In this document: piece after piece, positions 61,005 through 64,000 of the stretch | Position numbering within the stretch: the stretch's first letter is position 1 | Layout of the letters: every line of letters begins with the position of its first letter | Notes under the pieces: generated by a model | The model's input: the letters and a program-made list of their open reading frames with translations, nothing else | What the model was told of the DNA's origin: nothing | Database searches by the model: none | Position numbers and translations under genes: made by a program | Source of the DNA: Squalus acanthias | Lineage: Eukaryota | Length of the DNA: 64,000 nucleotides | Assembly (NCBI GenBank): GCA_030390025.1 | Contig: JASTWF010000088.1 | Coordinates: forward strand, 930,001-994,000 | Direction: 5' to 3'

Positions 61005-63950
61005 TTCATAAGAAATAGGAGCAGGAGTCGGCCATTTGGCCCCTCGAGCCTGCTCCGCCATTCAGTAAGATCATGACTGATCTTCTACCTCATCTCCACT
61101 TTCCTGCACTATCCCCATATCCCTTGATGCCCTTAATCTTCTAAAATATATCGAGCTCAGTCTTGAATATACTCAACGACTGAGCCTCTGGGGTAAAGAA
61201 TTCAAAAGATTCACCACCCTCTGAGTGAAGAAATTTCTCCTCATCTCAGTCCTAAATGGCCGACCCCTTATTCTGAGACTGTGACCCCTGGTTCTAGACT
61301 CCCCAGCCAGGGGAAACATGCTCCCTGCATCCACCCTGTCAAGCCCTGTAAGATCAATGAGATCACTTCTCTTTCTTCTAAACTCTAGAGAATATAGGCC
61401 TAGTCTACTCAATCTGTCCTCAAACTTGATTGAATTTTTTGAAGAGGTAATGAGGAGGGTAGTGCATTTGATGTAGTGTATCTGGACTTTAGCAAGGCTT
61501 TTGATAAGGTTCCACATGGCAGACTGGTCACGAAGTTAAAAGCCCATGGGATCCAGGGCAAAGTGTCAAGCTGGATTCAAAACTGGCTCGGAGACAGGAA
61601 GCAGAGGGTAATGGTTGATGGGTGTTTTTGTGACTGGAAGGCTGTTTCCAGTGGGGTTCCGCAGGGCTCAGTACTGGGTCCCTTGCTTTTTGTGGTATAT
61701 ATCAACGACCTTGACTTGAATATAGGGGGTATGATTAAGAAGTTTGCAGATGATACTAAAATCGGCTGTGTGGTTAATACTGAAGAAGGAAGCTGTAGAC
61801 TGCAGGAAGAGATCAATAAATTGGTCAGGTGGGCAGAACAGTGGCAAATGGAATTCAATCCGGAGAAGTGTGAGGTAATGCATTTGGGGAGGGCTAGCAA
61901 GGAAAGGGAATACACATTAAATGGTAGGACACTGAGTAGTGTAGAGGAACAAAGGGACCTTGGAGTGCATGTCCACAGATCCCTGAAGGTAGCAGGCCAG
62001 GTAAATAAGGTGGTTAAGAAGGCATACGGAATGCTTGCCTTTATTAGCCGTGGCATAGAATACAAAAGCAGGGGGTTTATGCTTCAACTGTATAAAATAC
62101 TAGTTAGGCCTCAGCTAGAGTACTGCATGCAGTTCTGGTCACATTACAGGAAAGATGTGATTGCACTAGAGAGGGTACAGAGGAGATTTACAAGGATGTT
62201 GCCGGGGAGTAGAGAATCTTAGCTATGGGGAAAGACTGGATAGGCTGGGTCTGTTTTCCTTGGAAAAGAGGAGGCTGAGGGGAGACCTTATTGAGGTGTA
62301 TAAAATTATGAGGGGCATAAAGTGGATAGAAAGGACCTATTTCCCTTAGCAGAGGGGTCAAAAATCAGGGGGCACAGATTTAAAGTAATTGGGGGAAGGT
62401 TTAGAGGGGAAATTTCTTCAACCAGAGGGTTGTGGGGGTCTGGAACTCACTGCCTGAAAGGGTGGTAGAGGCAGGAACCCTAACCACATTTAACAAGTAC
62501 TTGGATGTGCACTTGGGATGCTCTAACTTGCAGGGCTGCGGGCCAAGAGCTGGGAAGTGGGATTAGGCTGGATAGCTCTTTGTTGGCCGGCGCGGACACA
62601 ATGGGCCGAAATGGCCTCCTTCTGTGCTGTAACTTTCTCAGATTCTATGACAATCTCCCCACCCCAGGAACCAGTCTGGTGAAACTTCATTGCACTCCCT
62701 CTATGGCAAGTATATCCTTCCTTAGGTAAGGAGACCAAAACTGTACACAATACTCCAGGTGTGGTCTCACCAGGGCCCTATATAATTGCAGTAAGACATC
62801 TTTACTCTTATACTCAAATCCTCTTGTCATTAAGGACAACATACCATTTATTTTCCTAATTGCTTGCTGTACCTGCATGTTAACTTTCAGTGATTCATGT
62901 ACAAGGACACCCAGGTCCCTCTGAACACCAACATTTCCCAATCTCTCACCATTTAAAAAATACTCTGCTTTTCTATTTTTCCTACCAAAGTGGATAACTT
63001 CACATTTCTCCACATTATATCCCATTTGCCATGTTCTTGCCCTCTCACTTAGTTTGTCTATATCCCCTTGAAGCCTTCTTGCATCCTCCTCACAACTTAC
63101 ATTCTCACCCAGCTTTGTATCCTCAGCAAACTTGGATAAATTACATTTGGTCCCCTCATCCAAATCATTGATGTAAATTGTGAATGAGGCCCACTAGTTA
63201 CAGCCTGCCAACCAAAAAATGACCCGTTTATTCCTACTCTCTGTCATACCTTTTAATGTAGTTTCCCAATCCACCTTAGCCAACTCGCCCCTCATACCTA
63301 CATAGTTTGCTTTGTTTAGACTTAAGACACTAGTTTCGGATTTAACTAAATCACTTTCAAACTCAATATAAAATTCTACCATATTATGGTCACACTCTTC
63401 CCTAAAGGCCCCTTTACTACAAGGTTATTAATTAACCCTTTCTCATTGCACAATACTAGCTCTAAAATAGCCTGTTCCCTAGTTGGTTCCTCAACATACT
63501 GATCTAGAAAGCTATCTTGCATACATTCCATGAATTCGGTTTCCATACTATTTGGTTTGCCCAGTCTATATGTAGCTTAAAGTCCTCCTGATTGCTGTAT
63601 TACCCTTGTTGCATGCGCTTCTAATTTCCTGATTTCTACTCTGCCCTACGTTACAAGTACTGTTGGGGGGCCTATAAACAACTCCCACCAATGTTTTCTG
63701 CCCCTTGCTGTTTCTTAGCTCCACCCAAACTGATTCTGCTTCTTGATTTTCAGAGTTAAGATCCTTTCTACTGTCTTTATCCCATCCTTTATTATCAGGG
63801 CCTACCCCTCTGCCATTTTGCCTATCTCTTCTAAAAGTTAAGTATCCTGGAATATTTAGTTCCCAACCTTGGCCACTTTGCAACCACGTCTCTGTTATGG
63901 CTATTGGATCAAACTGTTAATTTCTATCTACGCTGTTAATTCATCTATTC
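61005..63950. mobile_element. Nested CR1s: a - strand copy (61005-61420 and 62650-63950) interrupted by a + strand copy (61420-62650)
   Basis: RT ORF 61476-62222 on +; RT/EN ORFs 62687-63883 on -. Confidence 0.88.
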
Positions 63951-64000
63951 TGTGGCGATGGTCCGAATGGTCCTATCTGGGTTTTAAATTCTTTTCTAAC

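Overview
Eukaryotic, repeat-dense DNA from a cartilaginous fish (shark-type CR1/L2 LINEs and Deu-type SINEs), lying in the MHC. The + strand carries the alpha1, alpha2 and alpha3 exons of a classical-type (UAA-like) MHC class I heavy-chain gene (2166-13264). It has no visible leader or transmembrane exon, an out-of-phase alpha3 donor, and a candidate terminal exon at 31566. The - strand carries beta-2-microglobulin exons 2 and 3 (59392-59664 and ~57610-57839), convergent with class I and about 45 kb from its alpha3 exon. Downstream of B2M on the same strand is a phase-consistent chain of exons (10 nt, 120 nt, terminal) not explained by the ORF track. It could be an extended B2M isoform or the 3' end of a gene hosting B2M. 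There is also an orphan CpG-island promoter with inverted ZNF143-type motifs at ~44.4 kb. The rest is CR1 and L2 LINE debris, SINEs, a full-length Tigger transposon, MITEs, a Harbinger remnant, many mini/microsatellites and five assembly gaps. A 500-N gap separates class I from B2M. Repeat boundaries are approximate unless TIR/TSD are quoted.
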